The translations under genes and the position numbers were made by a program. Shown in pieces: positions 10,009-19,840 of a DNA stretch of 64,000 bases. Source of the DNA: Candidatus Liptonbacteria bacterium (GTDB taxonomy: Bacteria > Patescibacteriota > Minisyncoccia > UBA6257 > 2-01-FULL-56-20); assembly GCA_016186635.1 (NCBI GenBank), contig JACPLI010000020.1, positions 3,548 to 67,547 of the forward strand. Reading direction: 5' to 3'. The notes under the pieces were generated by a model, which worked only from the letters and a program-made list of their open reading frames with translations, was not told the DNA's origin and did not search any database. The number at the start of each line of letters is the position of its first letter. Position 1 is the stretch's first letter.

Positions 10009-11850
10009 ATGAATTCTCAGGCTCGGCAGTGTCAGAATTGCAAATCAAGGTTTTTAATCGAGCAGGATGACCTTGCATTTTATGAGAAATTGTCCGCCAA
10101 AGGCGGATCCGCCTCCGGCGGAAAAGTCCCGCTTCCGACCTTCTGCTGGCTCTGCCGTGCCCAGCGGCGGATGGCGTTTCGGAACGAGCGTGTTCTCTAT
10201 AAACGGAAGAGTGATTTTTCCGGGAAGGATATCTTCAGCATGTATGCCCCTGACTCAGGGTACAAAGTGTATGAAAAAGATATATGGGTGAGCGACCAAT
10301 GGGACCCGCTCACGTACGGCAGGGATTATGATTTCAACCGCCCGTTCTTCGAGCAGTTTAATGAGCTTTTGCACGCGGTGCCGCTTAAAAATCTGAACGT
10401 GGTGAACGGCGTACGGAGCGATTACAGCAACAATTTCACCGACCCGAAGAATTGCTATCTCTGCTTCAACGGCAATAATTCCGAGGATTGCATGTACAGC
10501 CACGGGCTTACACAATGCCGGGATTGCGTGGATGTGTCGCATCTTGCAAAGAGCGAGTCGTGCTATGACTGTTTCTGGGTGACTTCCGGGAACCGGAATG
10601 TGGGTTGTGTGAATTGCGAGAACTCTTTCAATATGTGGTTTTCGAAGAATTGCGTTGGCTGCTCAGACTGCGTGGGATGCGCGGGACTCCGGAAAAAGCA
10701 GTATTGCATTTGGAACGAGCAGTACTCAAAAGAGGAATATTTGGCAAAGCTCAAGGAATTAAATTTGGGCTCGCATACGCAGTATGAAAAAGCGAAAGCC
10801 AAAGCGAAAGAGTTTTGGCTGAAGTTCCCGAACAAATTTCTCGAGGGGCTTCATAATGCGCGCGTGAGCGGGAACTATATTGACCAATCGAAGAACGTGC
10901 GTAACTCGTTCCTCGTGCGCGAAGGAGAAAACCTGAAGTTTTGCCAGTATCTTCAGGAAACGCCGGGCTCGAAAGATTGCTACGACTGGTCCATCTGGGG
11001 CGACAACGGCCAGCTTATGTATGAATGCCACGCGTGCGGCATCGGGACGCAGAATGTGAAATTCTGCCTTTTCACGCAGGAGGATTCGCACGACATTGAA
11101 TACTCGATGGTCTGCAGCGGCGCGAGCTACCTTTTCGGATGCGTGGGCGTGCGGAAGAAGCAATACTGCATTTTGAATAAGCAGTATACGAAGGACGAAT
11201 ATGAGAAACGTGCGGCAAAGATCCGGGCGCACATGGACGAGGTGCCCTATAAAGATAAGGCAGGGAGAGTATACAAGTACGGCGAGTTTTTCCCGATAGA
11301 GTTGAGTCCCGTGGGGTACAACGAATCCATGGCGCAGGAGTATTTCCCTCTGGGGAAGGAAGAAATAGTTGCGCAGGGATATGCATGGCGCGACACTGCC
11401 GCGCGGGACTATAAGCCCACGAAGCGCCCGGGTGAACTGCCGGACGGCATTGCCGAAGCGCCGGACTCGATTGTGAACGAGGTGATTGCGTGTGCCCATT
11501 CGACAAGCTCATGGCAAGGCGCCAACGGGGGAATGTGCAACCAGCTGTGCACCACCGCGTTCCGCATTCTTCCCGATGAGCTTACGTTTTACCGCAAACT
11601 TGGCGTGCCTCTCCCGCGGCTTTGCCACAACTGCCGGACGTTCGAGCGGTTGAGACACCGCACAGGACTGCAGTTGTATGCGCGGCAGTGCGAATGTAAC
11701 GGGGCACAATCGAAGAACGGCGCGTATGAGAATACCGTCGCGCACTTTCACGCCGTTGCGGCTTGCCCCAACCGGTTTGAAACGGCATACGGACCAGACA
11801 GGAAAGAAATCATCTACTGCGAGCAATGTTATCAGGCGGAAGTCGTGTAG
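10009..11850 (+). CDS. Cysteine-rich protein A of a tandem paralogous pair; Zn-ribbon-like ends and internal CxxCxxCxxC repeats; unknown function
   Basis: N-terminal CQNC...FYEKL...CWLCR and C-terminal CHNCR...CEQCYQAEVV. Two internal repeats end in C-x2-C-x-GC-x-GLRKKQYCI-N-QY-K-EY. It is ~45% identical to the next gene. Confidence 0.7.
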   Translation: MNSQARQCQNCKSRFLIEQDDLAFYEKLSAKGGSASGGKVPLPTFCWLCRAQRRMAFRNERVLYKRKSDFSGKDIFSMYAPDSGYKVYEKDIWVSDQWDPLTYGRDYDFNRPFFEQFNELLHAVPLKNLNVVNGVRSDYSNNFTDPKNCYLCFNGNNSEDCMYSHGLTQCRDCVDVSHLAKSESCYDCFWVTSGNRNVGCVNCENSFNMWFSKNCVGCSDCVGCAGLRKKQYCIWNEQYSKEEYLAKLKELNLGSHTQYEKAKAKAKEFWLKFPNKFLEGLHNARVSGNYIDQSKNVRNSFLVREGENLKFCQYLQETPGSKDCYDWSIWGDNGQLMYECHACGIGTQNVKFCLFTQEDSHDIEYSMVCSGASYLFGCVGVRKKQYCILNKQYTKDEYEKRAAKIRAHMDEVPYKDKAGRVYKYGEFFPIELSPVGYNESMAQEYFPLGKEEIVAQGYAWRDTAARDYKPTKRPGELPDGIAEAPDSIVNEVIACAHSTSSWQGANGGMCNQLCTTAFRILPDELTFYRKLGVPLPRLCHNCRTFERLRHRTGLQLYARQCECNGAQSKNGAYENTVAHFHAVAACPNRFETAYGPDRKEIIYCEQCYQAEVV

Positions 11851-11890
11851 AAGTCCCAATATTTGGAGCGTGTGAGGTATTATAGCAGTT

Positions 11891-13672
11891 ATGAGCGTTG
11901 CGGAGAGGAGGTCTTGCCAGAGTTGCAGGAGCCAGTTCATGATTGAGCCGGAAGACTTTGATTTCTACAAGAAAATCCAGGTCCCGCCGCCCACATGGTG
12001 CCCGGAGTGCCGCTACCGGAGGAGGTTAAGCTGGAGAAACACGTGGCATCTCTTCAAGAAGAAAGACGCCCGCACTGGCGAGGAAATATTCTCGCTGTTT
12101 CCCGAGGAGAGTCCGGTGAAAATTTACGAAAAGGAGTATTGGAACGGGGACGCATGGGACCCGATGGAGTACGGGCGGGAGTATGATTTCACCCAGACGT
12201 TTTTCAGCCAGTTTCGGGAGTTGATGCGCACGGTGCCGTTCCCCGCGCATTCCGTGACAAACCTTTCGAACTGCCAGTACTGCACGAACGCGAACGGCTT
12301 GAAAAACTGCTATCTTGTCCGCGCCTCGACGCTCACGGAGGATTCCCTGTATCTCATTTGGGACCACATGTCGAAACGCTGCCTTGACAGTCACATGACG
12401 AACCGGTGCGAATTGAGTTGCGGGAACATCAATACTCTCCGGTGCTATAAAACCTTCTTCTCGGCGGATTGCGAGGACTGCCAGAACGTCACGCTTTCGA
12501 AGGACTGCGTGGGGTGCAATAACTGTTTCGGCTGCATCGGGCTCCGCAATAAGTCGTACTACATTTGGAACAAGCCGTACACAAAGGAAACCTACGCGGG
12601 GGAGTTGAAGAAGCTCGACATCGGCTCGGCGAAAACCCTCGAAGAATTGCGGCAGAGAGCATATGCGCATTGGAAGAAGTTTCCGCACAAATTTATGCAC
12701 GGGCGGCAGAACGCAGGAGTAAGCGGGGATTATATTTCGGCATCCAAGAATGCGACACACTGCTTTCGTGTCCGCGGCACGGAAGACTCGAAGTTTTGCC
12801 AAAACTTTCTCGATGGGCCCGCGAAGCAGTGCTATGACTATTCGAATTGGGGCGAGAATGCGGAACTCGTGTATGAGTGCCTTATCGCGGGGATGGGCGT
12901 CTACAACCTCCGTTTTTGCTGGAACAACTTTCCGAATGTTAAAAATCTGGAGTATTGCATCTTCTGCCCCAGTTCATCCGATTGCTTCGGCTGTGTGGGG
13001 TTAAAGAAGAAGCAATATTGCATTTTCAATATGCAGTATGCGAAAGATGAGTATGAGAAGTTGAGGAAGAAGATAATCGCGCATATGAACGAGGCGCCTT
13101 ACACCGACAGCGCGGGGAGAGCATACCGTTACGGCGAATTTTTCCCGCCGGAACTCTCGCCGTTTCCCTACGAGGCCACCGAGGCGTACGAGTTTTTTCC
13201 GAGAACAGAGGGGGAAGCCCGCCGGGAGGGATTTGTGTGGTATCCCGTGAAGAAGCAGTCGTACGCCGTTACACTCCAGAGTCCGGCAATTCCCGACTCC
13301 ATCAAGGAGGTCAAGGACATTCTGGACGAAGTAATCGAATGCGCCCATAAGGGGGAATGCAAGGAGGAATGTACGGGCGCGTTTCGCATCGTCCGCGACG
13401 AAATTGAGTTTTATCGGCAGATGAATATCGCGCTCCCGCGGCTTTGCCCGAACTGCCGTCACTATAGCCGCCTCGCGCTCCGCAACCCGCCGAAGTTTTT
13501 CACTCGGCAGTGCCAGTGCGGGGGAGCGGCATCGGAAGATGGAGTGTACGCAAATGCCGTGGAGCATTTCCACGGGGACGGGCATTGTCAAAACGAGTTT
13601 GAAACCTCATATTCCCCGGAAAGGTCGGAAATAGTGTACTGCGAGCAGTGCTATCAAGCCGAGGTTGCATGA
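11891..13672 (+). CDS. Cysteine-rich protein B, paralog of the preceding gene
   Basis: Same architecture. CQSCRSQFMIEPEDFDFYKKIQVPPPTWCPECR at the N-terminus, CPNCRHYSRL...CEQCYQAEVA at the C-terminus. Repeats GCIGLRNKSYYIWNKPYTKETY and GCVGLKKKQYCIFNMQYAKDEY. Confidence 0.7.
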   Translation: MSVAERRSCQSCRSQFMIEPEDFDFYKKIQVPPPTWCPECRYRRRLSWRNTWHLFKKKDARTGEEIFSLFPEESPVKIYEKEYWNGDAWDPMEYGREYDFTQTFFSQFRELMRTVPFPAHSVTNLSNCQYCTNANGLKNCYLVRASTLTEDSLYLIWDHMSKRCLDSHMTNRCELSCGNINTLRCYKTFFSADCEDCQNVTLSKDCVGCNNCFGCIGLRNKSYYIWNKPYTKETYAGELKKLDIGSAKTLEELRQRAYAHWKKFPHKFMHGRQNAGVSGDYISASKNATHCFRVRGTEDSKFCQNFLDGPAKQCYDYSNWGENAELVYECLIAGMGVYNLRFCWNNFPNVKNLEYCIFCPSSSDCFGCVGLKKKQYCIFNMQYAKDEYEKLRKKIIAHMNEAPYTDSAGRAYRYGEFFPPELSPFPYEATEAYEFFPRTEGEARREGFVWYPVKKQSYAVTLQSPAIPDSIKEVKDILDEVIECAHKGECKEECTGAFRIVRDEIEFYRQMNIALPRLCPNCRHYSRLALRNPPKFFTRQCQCGGAASEDGVYANAVEHFHGDGHCQNEFETSYSPERSEIVYCEQCYQAEVA

Positions 13673-13836
13673 CTCCAAATGCCGGAACGCAAGTTCCTCA
13701 AGTGGTGGAATTGGAAGGATTGACAGGGAAGGAATAGCGGGGTATCCTTTTACAAATGTTTCTGACATTCATACAAACAGTAATTGTTCGCCGGAGCCGC
13801 CGTATCTAGAACGGGCGGTCTTTTAAAGTACATCAG

Positions 13837-13863
13837 CAAAAACCGCCCGCAAGGCGGTTTTTG
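13837..13863 (+). terminator. Rho-independent terminator after the Cys-rich pair
   Basis: aaaaaccgcccgcaaggcggtttttgc has a stem ccgcc/ggcgg followed by a T-run. Confidence 0.6.
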
Positions 13864-13986
13864 CTTGGAAAAGGCGATACTCTCCGAAAGCTTCTGGCAC
13901 ACTCTCATATCTTCTCTTCCAGCCCGAAAACGCTCATTCACAAATTCTCCGCGGGCTGGCGGAGAAGACAAACGAAAGGATTAGTG

Positions 13987-14673
13987 ATGACTAAGATTAG
14001 AATTGATACTGCAACGACGTTCACGCCCCACGACCTGCTTGAAAGACTTCTTGTGGTTGAAGAAAAGGCATGGAGCGCTCAGGGGAATGCAATCGCGGCT
14101 TCGGCGGAAAAAATAAGAAGGCGAGTTATGACTTTCCCCGAGGGAGTAGTTATTGCCTGCGACGAAGGCAAACCGGAACTGCCGGTGGCGGGGTCGCAAT
14201 ACTTCTTCCGCTTTGACTGGGACAAGGATTTGAGTCGGCTCACGAGCTGGGAAGAAGCGACGCACAATGGCAATACGTGGGAAGTACACAGGGACGACGG
14301 CACTACGGGTTTCCTCGTGGGCGTCGGAGTTGTGCCGGAATACCGGGGAATGCGCGTAAGCCATAACTTGCGTTTTGGTGAGCATAAAATCTCGGAGTTG
14401 CTTATCGCTTTTGTGCTCGACTCCTTGTTCAATGCGGGAGTGGAACGGGTTATCGCCAATGCCCGGATTCCCTTCTATCACAAAGTCGGGAGTGAAATGA
14501 GGGTTGAAGCGTACTGCGCATTCAGGCAGGAGGGAAAACTTTTCGACCCGGTGCTCCGCTTCCACGAGCGGATGGGCGCGAAAATCCTGAAGCCGGTTTC
14601 GTACAGCATGGACGACCCGGAATCTCGAAATGGAGGCTGCTGGGTTGTTTACGAGAGGAGGTTCGAGAGTTAA
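13987..14673 (+). CDS. GNAT-family N-acetyltransferase-like protein
   Basis: VGVVPEYRGMRVSHNL resembles the acetyl-CoA-binding Q/RxxGxG/A motif. Start reset to M43 of the track ORF. Confidence 0.55.
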   Translation: MTKIRIDTATTFTPHDLLERLLVVEEKAWSAQGNAIAASAEKIRRRVMTFPEGVVIACDEGKPELPVAGSQYFFRFDWDKDLSRLTSWEEATHNGNTWEVHRDDGTTGFLVGVGVVPEYRGMRVSHNLRFGEHKISELLIAFVLDSLFNAGVERVIANARIPFYHKVGSEMRVEAYCAFRQEGKLFDPVLRFHERMGAKILKPVSYSMDDPESRNGGCWVVYERRFES

Positions 14674-14716
14674 TCTTCGTGTGGGGAGTCGTTGTGCGCT
14701 CCCCGCACAACCATTT

Positions 14717-15433
14717 ATGAAGTTCAAAATTCAAAAAGTATCAAAAGAAATCTATAAGGTAACAGAGCCTTATTTTTTGGAATACGCGAATATTTTCGTG
14801 TTTTGCGGTAAATCGTTTGACTTGGTTGTTGACGGTGGAATCGGTCTTGAAGATATAAAGTCTTTTCTCGTTTCCAAAGGCTTTAATCCAAGGCTTTTTT
14901 TGACGCATGGGCATTTTGACCATTGCGGGGGACTTCGATATTTTGAGGCGAATGATGTTCTAATGATGCCGAAAATAAGGGAAAATTTGGGCAACCGAGA
15001 ACTGCTGGGACTGGATTATCTGGATGCCAAATATTTCGTGCAGGATGCGGGAAAAGTTTTGAAGGCCGACATCCCGTCACTTGTCTCCGGCTTCCGAGTT
15101 TTTTTGCCGGAGAACGTGCAGGCATACAAAGGAAAGACAATTTCAAACGGGAGTTTTTCATTTGAGACTATTCACATGCCGGGGCATACGGATGATTCGT
15201 ACGTTCTCTTTGAGAAAACAAAAAGAATACTCGTAACGGGAGATGCGTTATATGATGGCGAAATATATACTTCTTTCTCTAATTCAAATACGCAAGATTT
15301 TCTTGCGTCGCTCAAAAAAATGAGGAAGCTGGATTTTGATGTTGTGTTACCCGGGCATAATGAGATAATGGATAGAAAGCATGCATTGGGAGTTGTTGGC
15401 CGGTGGATTAGGATTCTTTCTCAAATGAAATGA
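14717..15433 (+). CDS. MBL-fold metallo-hydrolase
   Basis: HxHxDH motif LTHGHFDHCGG, then MPGHTDDS and a later LPGH. Confidence 0.8.
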   Translation: MKFKIQKVSKEIYKVTEPYFLEYANIFVFCGKSFDLVVDGGIGLEDIKSFLVSKGFNPRLFLTHGHFDHCGGLRYFEANDVLMMPKIRENLGNRELLGLDYLDAKYFVQDAGKVLKADIPSLVSGFRVFLPENVQAYKGKTISNGSFSFETIHMPGHTDDSYVLFEKTKRILVTGDALYDGEIYTSFSNSNTQDFLASLKKMRKLDFDVVLPGHNEIMDRKHALGVVGRWIRILSQMK

Positions 15434-15945
15434 AAATTATCCTCTACATGGCAATCACGGCGAACGGGTACATTGCCCGCGAGAACGGCGACACGCCGTG
15501 GTCGGAGGAAGAATTTAAGGCGTATTATGGATTTGTGAAGGAGAGGGGGAATGTCATGGTTGGCTGGAATACGTACGAGCTTATGAAAAGCGGAGGAGAG
15601 TTTGAGAAATGCGGCAATCCCTTTGTGGTAATAGTTTCAAGAGACAATAAGAATAAGAATGAGAATGAAGCGAACGCATGTTGTGCTTCCTCGCCGCGGG
15701 AAGCGGTTGAGGTTCTCGCAGGAAAAGGATTCAAGGAAGTCGTCGTGGGCGGCGGAGGGACCTTGAACGCCGGATTCTTGAAGGGAGGGTTGATTGACGA
15801 ACTCATTCTTGACGTCGAGCCGCTCATTTTCGGGAAGGGGATTAAGCTTTTCAAAGATACGGATATGGAGGCACGGCTAGAATTACTTGAAACTCGGGCG
15901 CTCTCAAAAAACACGGTTCGGCTTCGGTATAAAGTTGTAAAATAA
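15430..15945 (+). CDS. RibD C-terminal domain / dihydrofolate reductase-like protein
   Basis: MKIILYMAITANGYIA...GGGGTLNAGFLKGGLIDELIL matches the YwjB/RibD_C family. Confidence 0.7.
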   Translation: MKIILYMAITANGYIARENGDTPWSEEEFKAYYGFVKERGNVMVGWNTYELMKSGGEFEKCGNPFVVIVSRDNKNKNENEANACCASSPREAVEVLAGKGFKEVVVGGGGTLNAGFLKGGLIDELILDVEPLIFGKGIKLFKDTDMEARLELLETRALSKNTVRLRYKVVK

Positions 15946-15954
15946 TACATACAC

Positions 15955-15992
15955 TCAAGGTCGAACCTTGGGGATTCTAAAGGTTCGACCTT
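15955..15992. repeat. Family-C double palindrome (AAGGTYGAACCTT x2), copy 1
   Basis: caaggtcgaaccttggggattctaaaggttcgacctt. Confidence 0.8.
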
Positions 15993-15997
15993 ATACA

Positions 15998-16264
15998 ATG
16001 GCAACAATCAAAAAGAAAATCTGGCCGGAGTATTTTGATGCGGTCGCCTCCGGCAAGAAGAAATTTGAGCTGCGGCTGAATGACCTCGAGGTGCATGAGG
16101 GCGACACCCTTCTACTCGAGGAGTGGGACCCGAAAACAAAAGTGTATACGGGGAGAACGGTTGAGAAAAAGGTGGGTTATGTTTTTAAGTTCAAGATGAG
16201 TGCGCTGTTTTGGCCCGAAGAAGAGGTAAAAGCAAAGGGATTGCAGATTATGTCAATCGAGTGA
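15998..16264 (+). CDS. ASCH/DUF3850-like small protein
   Basis: KKIWPEYFDAVASGKKKFELRLND...EGDTLLLEEW. Confidence 0.5.
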   Translation: MATIKKKIWPEYFDAVASGKKKFELRLNDLEVHEGDTLLLEEWDPKTKVYTGRTVEKKVGYVFKFKMSALFWPEEEVKAKGLQIMSIE

Positions 16265-16355
16265 TACTTAAAATGCCCTTTCACAACATACCAACATACT
16301 GGAGTATGTTGGTATGTCGTCGCCTTGAGTAATTGATGTGGAGGAGACGGAAACA

Positions 16356-16820
16356 ATGAAAAAAATTCTCACGCTTTGCCTCGTGCATCAGCCGTCGCGG
16401 TTGCTTCTCGGCATGAAAAAGCGGGGGTTCGGTGCGGGGCGGTGGAATGGGTTCGGCGGGAAGGTAAAAGAAGGAGAAACAATCGAGGAGGCGATGCAAC
16501 GGGAAGTGCGCGAGGAAGCGGGGATTGAAGTGCGAGACGCCGTGAAGGCGGGCATTATCAAGTTCGAGTTCCAGGGCAATCCGGAAATTCTTGAGGTGCA
16601 TATTTTTCGCGCGACGGAGTTTACCGGAGCGCCGAGTGAAAGCGACGAGATGAAGCCGCGATGGTATGGGGTAAAAGAGATTCCGTACGACGAGATGTGG
16701 CCCGATGATAAATACTGGTTGCCGCTTTTTCTCGAGGGGAAAAAATGTAAAGGGAGGTTTCTATTCGGCGAAGGGGACTCGATTCTCGAACACTCGCTTG
16801 AAACGGTCGAGATGCTATGA
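16356..16820 (+). CDS. Nudix hydrolase
   Basis: Nudix box GGKVKEGETIEEAMQREVREEAGIEV. Confidence 0.8.
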   Translation: MKKILTLCLVHQPSRLLLGMKKRGFGAGRWNGFGGKVKEGETIEEAMQREVREEAGIEVRDAVKAGIIKFEFQGNPEILEVHIFRATEFTGAPSESDEMKPRWYGVKEIPYDEMWPDDKYWLPLFLEGKKCKGRFLFGEGDSILEHSLETVEML

Positions 16821-17311
16821 CTACATTTGTTCCAAAGCCGGGGCAAGTTGATTACACGCACGCTGCGCGCGCGCCAGTCATCAATTGTGTGGTAGAGCAT
16901 GATGGAAAAATTCTGCTTGTAAAGCGGAGCAGGAAACTCAATTTGCATCCGGGAGTATGGAATGGCGTGAGCGGGTTCCTTGACGACGGGAAAAGTCCGA
17001 TGGAGAAGGCGAAGGAGGAACTTCTCGAGGAAGCGGGCATTTCACCGGAGCAGATTATCTCCATGGAGGAGGGAAAGGTTTTTGAGGTGAGAGATGGGGC
17101 ATACGGCAAGACGTGGGTGACGCACCCCGTGCATGTGAAAGTGGCTACCGATGCGGTGAAGCTTGATTGGGAAGCGGAGGAGTATCGGTGGGTTGCGCCT
17201 GCGGAGATAAAAGGATTGGCGCTTACCCCGGGGTTTCTGAACGTATTGGACCAATTCTTCGGCAAAACAGCACACCTGTCATCCCCGCGCACGCGGGGAT
17301 CCATGCCCTAG
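16817..17311 (+). CDS. Nudix hydrolase (second, adjacent)
   Basis: GFLDDGKSPMEKAKEELLEEAGI. The last ~12 codons (HLSSPRTRGSMP*) are encoded by a family-E element. Confidence 0.75.
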   Translation: MTTFVPKPGQVDYTHAARAPVINCVVEHDGKILLVKRSRKLNLHPGVWNGVSGFLDDGKSPMEKAKEELLEEAGISPEQIISMEEGKVFEVRDGAYGKTWVTHPVHVKVATDAVKLDWEAEEYRWVAPAEIKGLALTPGFLNVLDQFFGKTAHLSSPRTRGSMP

Positions 17312-17357
17312 ATTCCCGCTGGAGCCTGCCCTCGACTACGATCGGGGGCGGAAATGA
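17278..17357. repeat. Family-E MITE-like element copy 2 (overlaps the Nudix 3' end)
   Basis: gtcatccccgcgcacgcggggatccatgccctagattcccgc...gggggcggaaatgacaa. Confidence 0.65.
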
Positions 17358-17442
17358 CAAGCATGCATCATGGTGTGAAGGGATAGCTGTGGATAACTCC
17401 GCTTGACGCCCTTTTGTGTGGTGCTACTATTCAAATATTCGT

Positions 17443-17766
17443 ATGAATATTGTAATAGATAAAGCAGCGCGTGGTGCAGCAATGTCAGCGCCCGCGCTCC
17501 TCAAAAAGTCCCGTCTTCTCGCACTCGCGGGGGACCCAACGCGGGTCAAAATCTTTTGCTTTATGTTTGAGCGCAAGGAGGGATGCGTGTCGGATGTCGC
17601 CGCGGCGCTCCGGATGAGCATCTCAAGCGTGTCGCACCATCTTCGGCTTATGCGCGATAACGGTCTCCTTACCGCGCACCGGATGGGTAACAACATCTGT
17701 TATCACCTTGTGCGCAATTCGTTTACCAAAGCGCTTGAGGAGTTGATTTGCAAAGTAAAGGTCTAA
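17443..17766 (+). CDS. ArsR/SmtB-family transcriptional regulator
   Basis: wHTH block LLALAGDPTRVKIFCFMF...VSDVAAALRMSISSVSHHLRLMRDNGLL. Confidence 0.7.
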   Translation: MNIVIDKAARGAAMSAPALLKKSRLLALAGDPTRVKIFCFMFERKEGCVSDVAAALRMSISSVSHHLRLMRDNGLLTAHRMGNNICYHLVRNSFTKALEELICKVKV

Positions 17767-17785
17767 TACACAAAGAAATAAAACC

Positions 17786-18022
17786 ATGTCACACATTACC
17801 ATTTACACCACCCCCGGATGTGTTTATTGCAAGATGACTAAGGCATTCTTAAAGGAGCATAACATCAGCTATGACGAGAAAGACGTTTCGGCGGATGCGG
17901 CGGCGCGCGATGAGATGGTGGCAAAGTCCCAGCAAATGGGCGTGCCCGTCGTTGACATTGACGGCGCAATCGTTGTCGGTTTCGACAAGACGCGGCTTTC
18001 AGAACTACTCCACTTGCAATAA
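17786..18022 (+). CDS. Glutaredoxin-like protein (NrdH/Grx fold)
   Basis: ITIYTTPGCVYCKMTKAFL carries a CxxC active site. Thioredoxin fold of 78 aa. Confidence 0.75.
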   Translation: MSHITIYTTPGCVYCKMTKAFLKEHNISYDEKDVSADAAARDEMVAKSQQMGVPVVDIDGAIVVGFDKTRLSELLHLQ

Positions 18023-18025
18023 CTC

Positions 18026-18556
18026 ATGAGTACGAAAGCCATAGTCGGAGGAATTGCGCTTCTTGCAGTTGCCTTGCTTGTGGCAGGTGGCTTGAACAGC
18101 ACTTCGGTGCCCGCCAGTCCCTCTCTTCAAAGCGCCTCTCTTCAAAGCGTTGTGCGGAATGGCAACGTTCCCGATTTCAGTTTAGAGAAGTTAGACGGGG
18201 GCACTATCACGCTCTCCGAGTTCAGCGGCAAAAAGCCGGTGGTGGTGGATTTCTGGGCTTCATGGTGCCCGAACTGCCGCCGCGATATGCCCCGCCTCAA
18301 TGGTTTCTACGAGAAATACAAGGACAAGGTTGCAGTCGTCGGCGTGAATTTGCAGGAGAGCGCATCGACCGTACGGGATTTTATTGCATCCCGCGGCATT
18401 TCTTTCCCTATAGCGCTCGACCCGTATGGACAAGCATCGAATGCGTTCGGCGTTCGTTCCACCAACACGCATGTGCTCATACACAAAGACGGCACTGTGG
18501 CGCGCACCATTCCCGGCGACATACAGGAGTCGGATATCCTCTCTCTCATTGAGTAG
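18026..18556 (+). CDS. TlpA/ResA-family thiol-disulfide oxidoreductase (membrane-anchored)
   Basis: N-terminal TM, then VVVDFWASWCPNCRRDMP. The neighbouring repeat caaagcgcctctcttcaaagcg x2 is a tandem duplication. Confidence 0.8.
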   Translation: MSTKAIVGGIALLAVALLVAGGLNSTSVPASPSLQSASLQSVVRNGNVPDFSLEKLDGGTITLSEFSGKKPVVVDFWASWCPNCRRDMPRLNGFYEKYKDKVAVVGVNLQESASTVRDFIASRGISFPIALDPYGQASNAFGVRSTNTHVLIHKDGTVARTIPGDIQESDILSLIE

Positions 18557-18561
18557 CTTTC

Positions 18562-19599
18562 ATGCAATCATCCAAAACAGTCATTACGTTCGGCATTTTT
18601 GCACTCGCCATACTCGCGGCGTTTGCGCTACTGCGCGGGACGTCAAAGAACGATGTTGCCCCACCTCGGGGTGCGGAAATTACAGAAAGAACGAATACGG
18701 TGAGCGGCGCGTCACGTTCTTTATCGGAGCGAGAAATTACGGTGACAAACGGTGTGAAACGCAGCATTTCCCTCGATGAAATCATCGGTGGCGGACCGCC
18801 GCAGGACGGGATTCCTCCGATTGACCATCCGAAGTTTGTTCCGGCGGCACAATCCTTGTTCCTCACGGATACCGACCCCGGCATCGCGCTTTCGATTGAC
18901 GGGGCGGAGCGGTTCTACCCGTTTCAGATTCTGGTCTGGCATGAGATTGTGAACGACACCGTGAATGGCCAGCGTGTACTCGTCACCTATTGTCCATTGT
19001 GTCTCTCTGGAATCGTGTTTGACCCCGTTGTCAAAGGCGAGCAGGTCGAGTTCGGCACTTCCGGCAAGTTGTGGAATTCAAATTTAGTGATGTATGACCG
19101 CAAAACCGATTCGTTGTGGTCGCAGATCTTGGGAGAAGCAATCGTGGGAGAAATGACCGGCACGCGACTTGAAGTTTTGCCGTCAGACCAGATTCGATTC
19201 GGCGACTGGCGGAAATCTCATCCGAGCGGCGAGGTTCTGTCGCGCGATACGGGAGCCACAAGATTTTATGGGCGAGACCCCTACGGCGACTACTACACGA
19301 AACCCGGCACATATTTCCCGGTCAGCAAGAAAGACAGCCGCTTGGGCGAAAAAGAGTTTATTTTGGGAATAGTAGTGAACGGCAAGGCCAAAGCGTACTG
19401 GCCGCCAGCCGTCAAAAAATCGGGAAGGGTTGAGGATGTGCTTCAAGGAAAAACTATTGTTGCGGAGTACGAAAAAGATATTGACGCGGTGCGTCTTTTT
19501 GAGAAGAAAAGCGACGGGGAGCTTATTCGCATCAATCCGTTCGGCTCGTTCTGGTTTTCGTGGGTGGCGGCGCATCAGGAAACTGAATTATTCAAATAG
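18562..19599 (+). CDS. DUF3179 domain protein (membrane-anchored)
   Basis: N-terminal TM and the hallmark QDGIPPIDHPKFV. Confidence 0.7.
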   Translation: MQSSKTVITFGIFALAILAAFALLRGTSKNDVAPPRGAEITERTNTVSGASRSLSEREITVTNGVKRSISLDEIIGGGPPQDGIPPIDHPKFVPAAQSLFLTDTDPGIALSIDGAERFYPFQILVWHEIVNDTVNGQRVLVTYCPLCLSGIVFDPVVKGEQVEFGTSGKLWNSNLVMYDRKTDSLWSQILGEAIVGEMTGTRLEVLPSDQIRFGDWRKSHPSGEVLSRDTGATRFYGRDPYGDYYTKPGTYFPVSKKDSRLGEKEFILGIVVNGKAKAYWPPAVKKSGRVEDVLQGKTIVAEYEKDIDAVRLFEKKSDGELIRINPFGSFWFSWVAAHQETELFK

Positions 19600-19609
19600 T
19601 AAAAATAAC

Positions 19610-19831
19610 ATGAATAGTGATGAGCAAAATATGAATGAATCTAGCGAAAATCAGCCCTATAAAGTGGGAAGTATAGTACCAGAAGACGGATGGTATGCTT
19701 GTGTTCCCTGCGGTAACAGAAAATATCTCAAAGCAGGGACACGTTTCGGAAGTTGCTTAATGTGTTTTGGTAAAGAGAAGAAAGAATTTCGCAAAGGATT
19801 TGAACTTTGGGAAAAGTTGGAATCAAAATAG
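19610..19831 (+). CDS. Small Zn-ribbon protein (73 aa)
   Basis: MNSDEQ...CVPCGNRKYL...CLMCFG has two CxxC pairs. The start was chosen inside the longer track ORF. Confidence 0.35.
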   Translation: MNSDEQNMNESSENQPYKVGSIVPEDGWYACVPCGNRKYLKAGTRFGSCLMCFGKEKKEFRKGFELWEKLESK

Positions 19832-19840
19832 GCAATCAAT

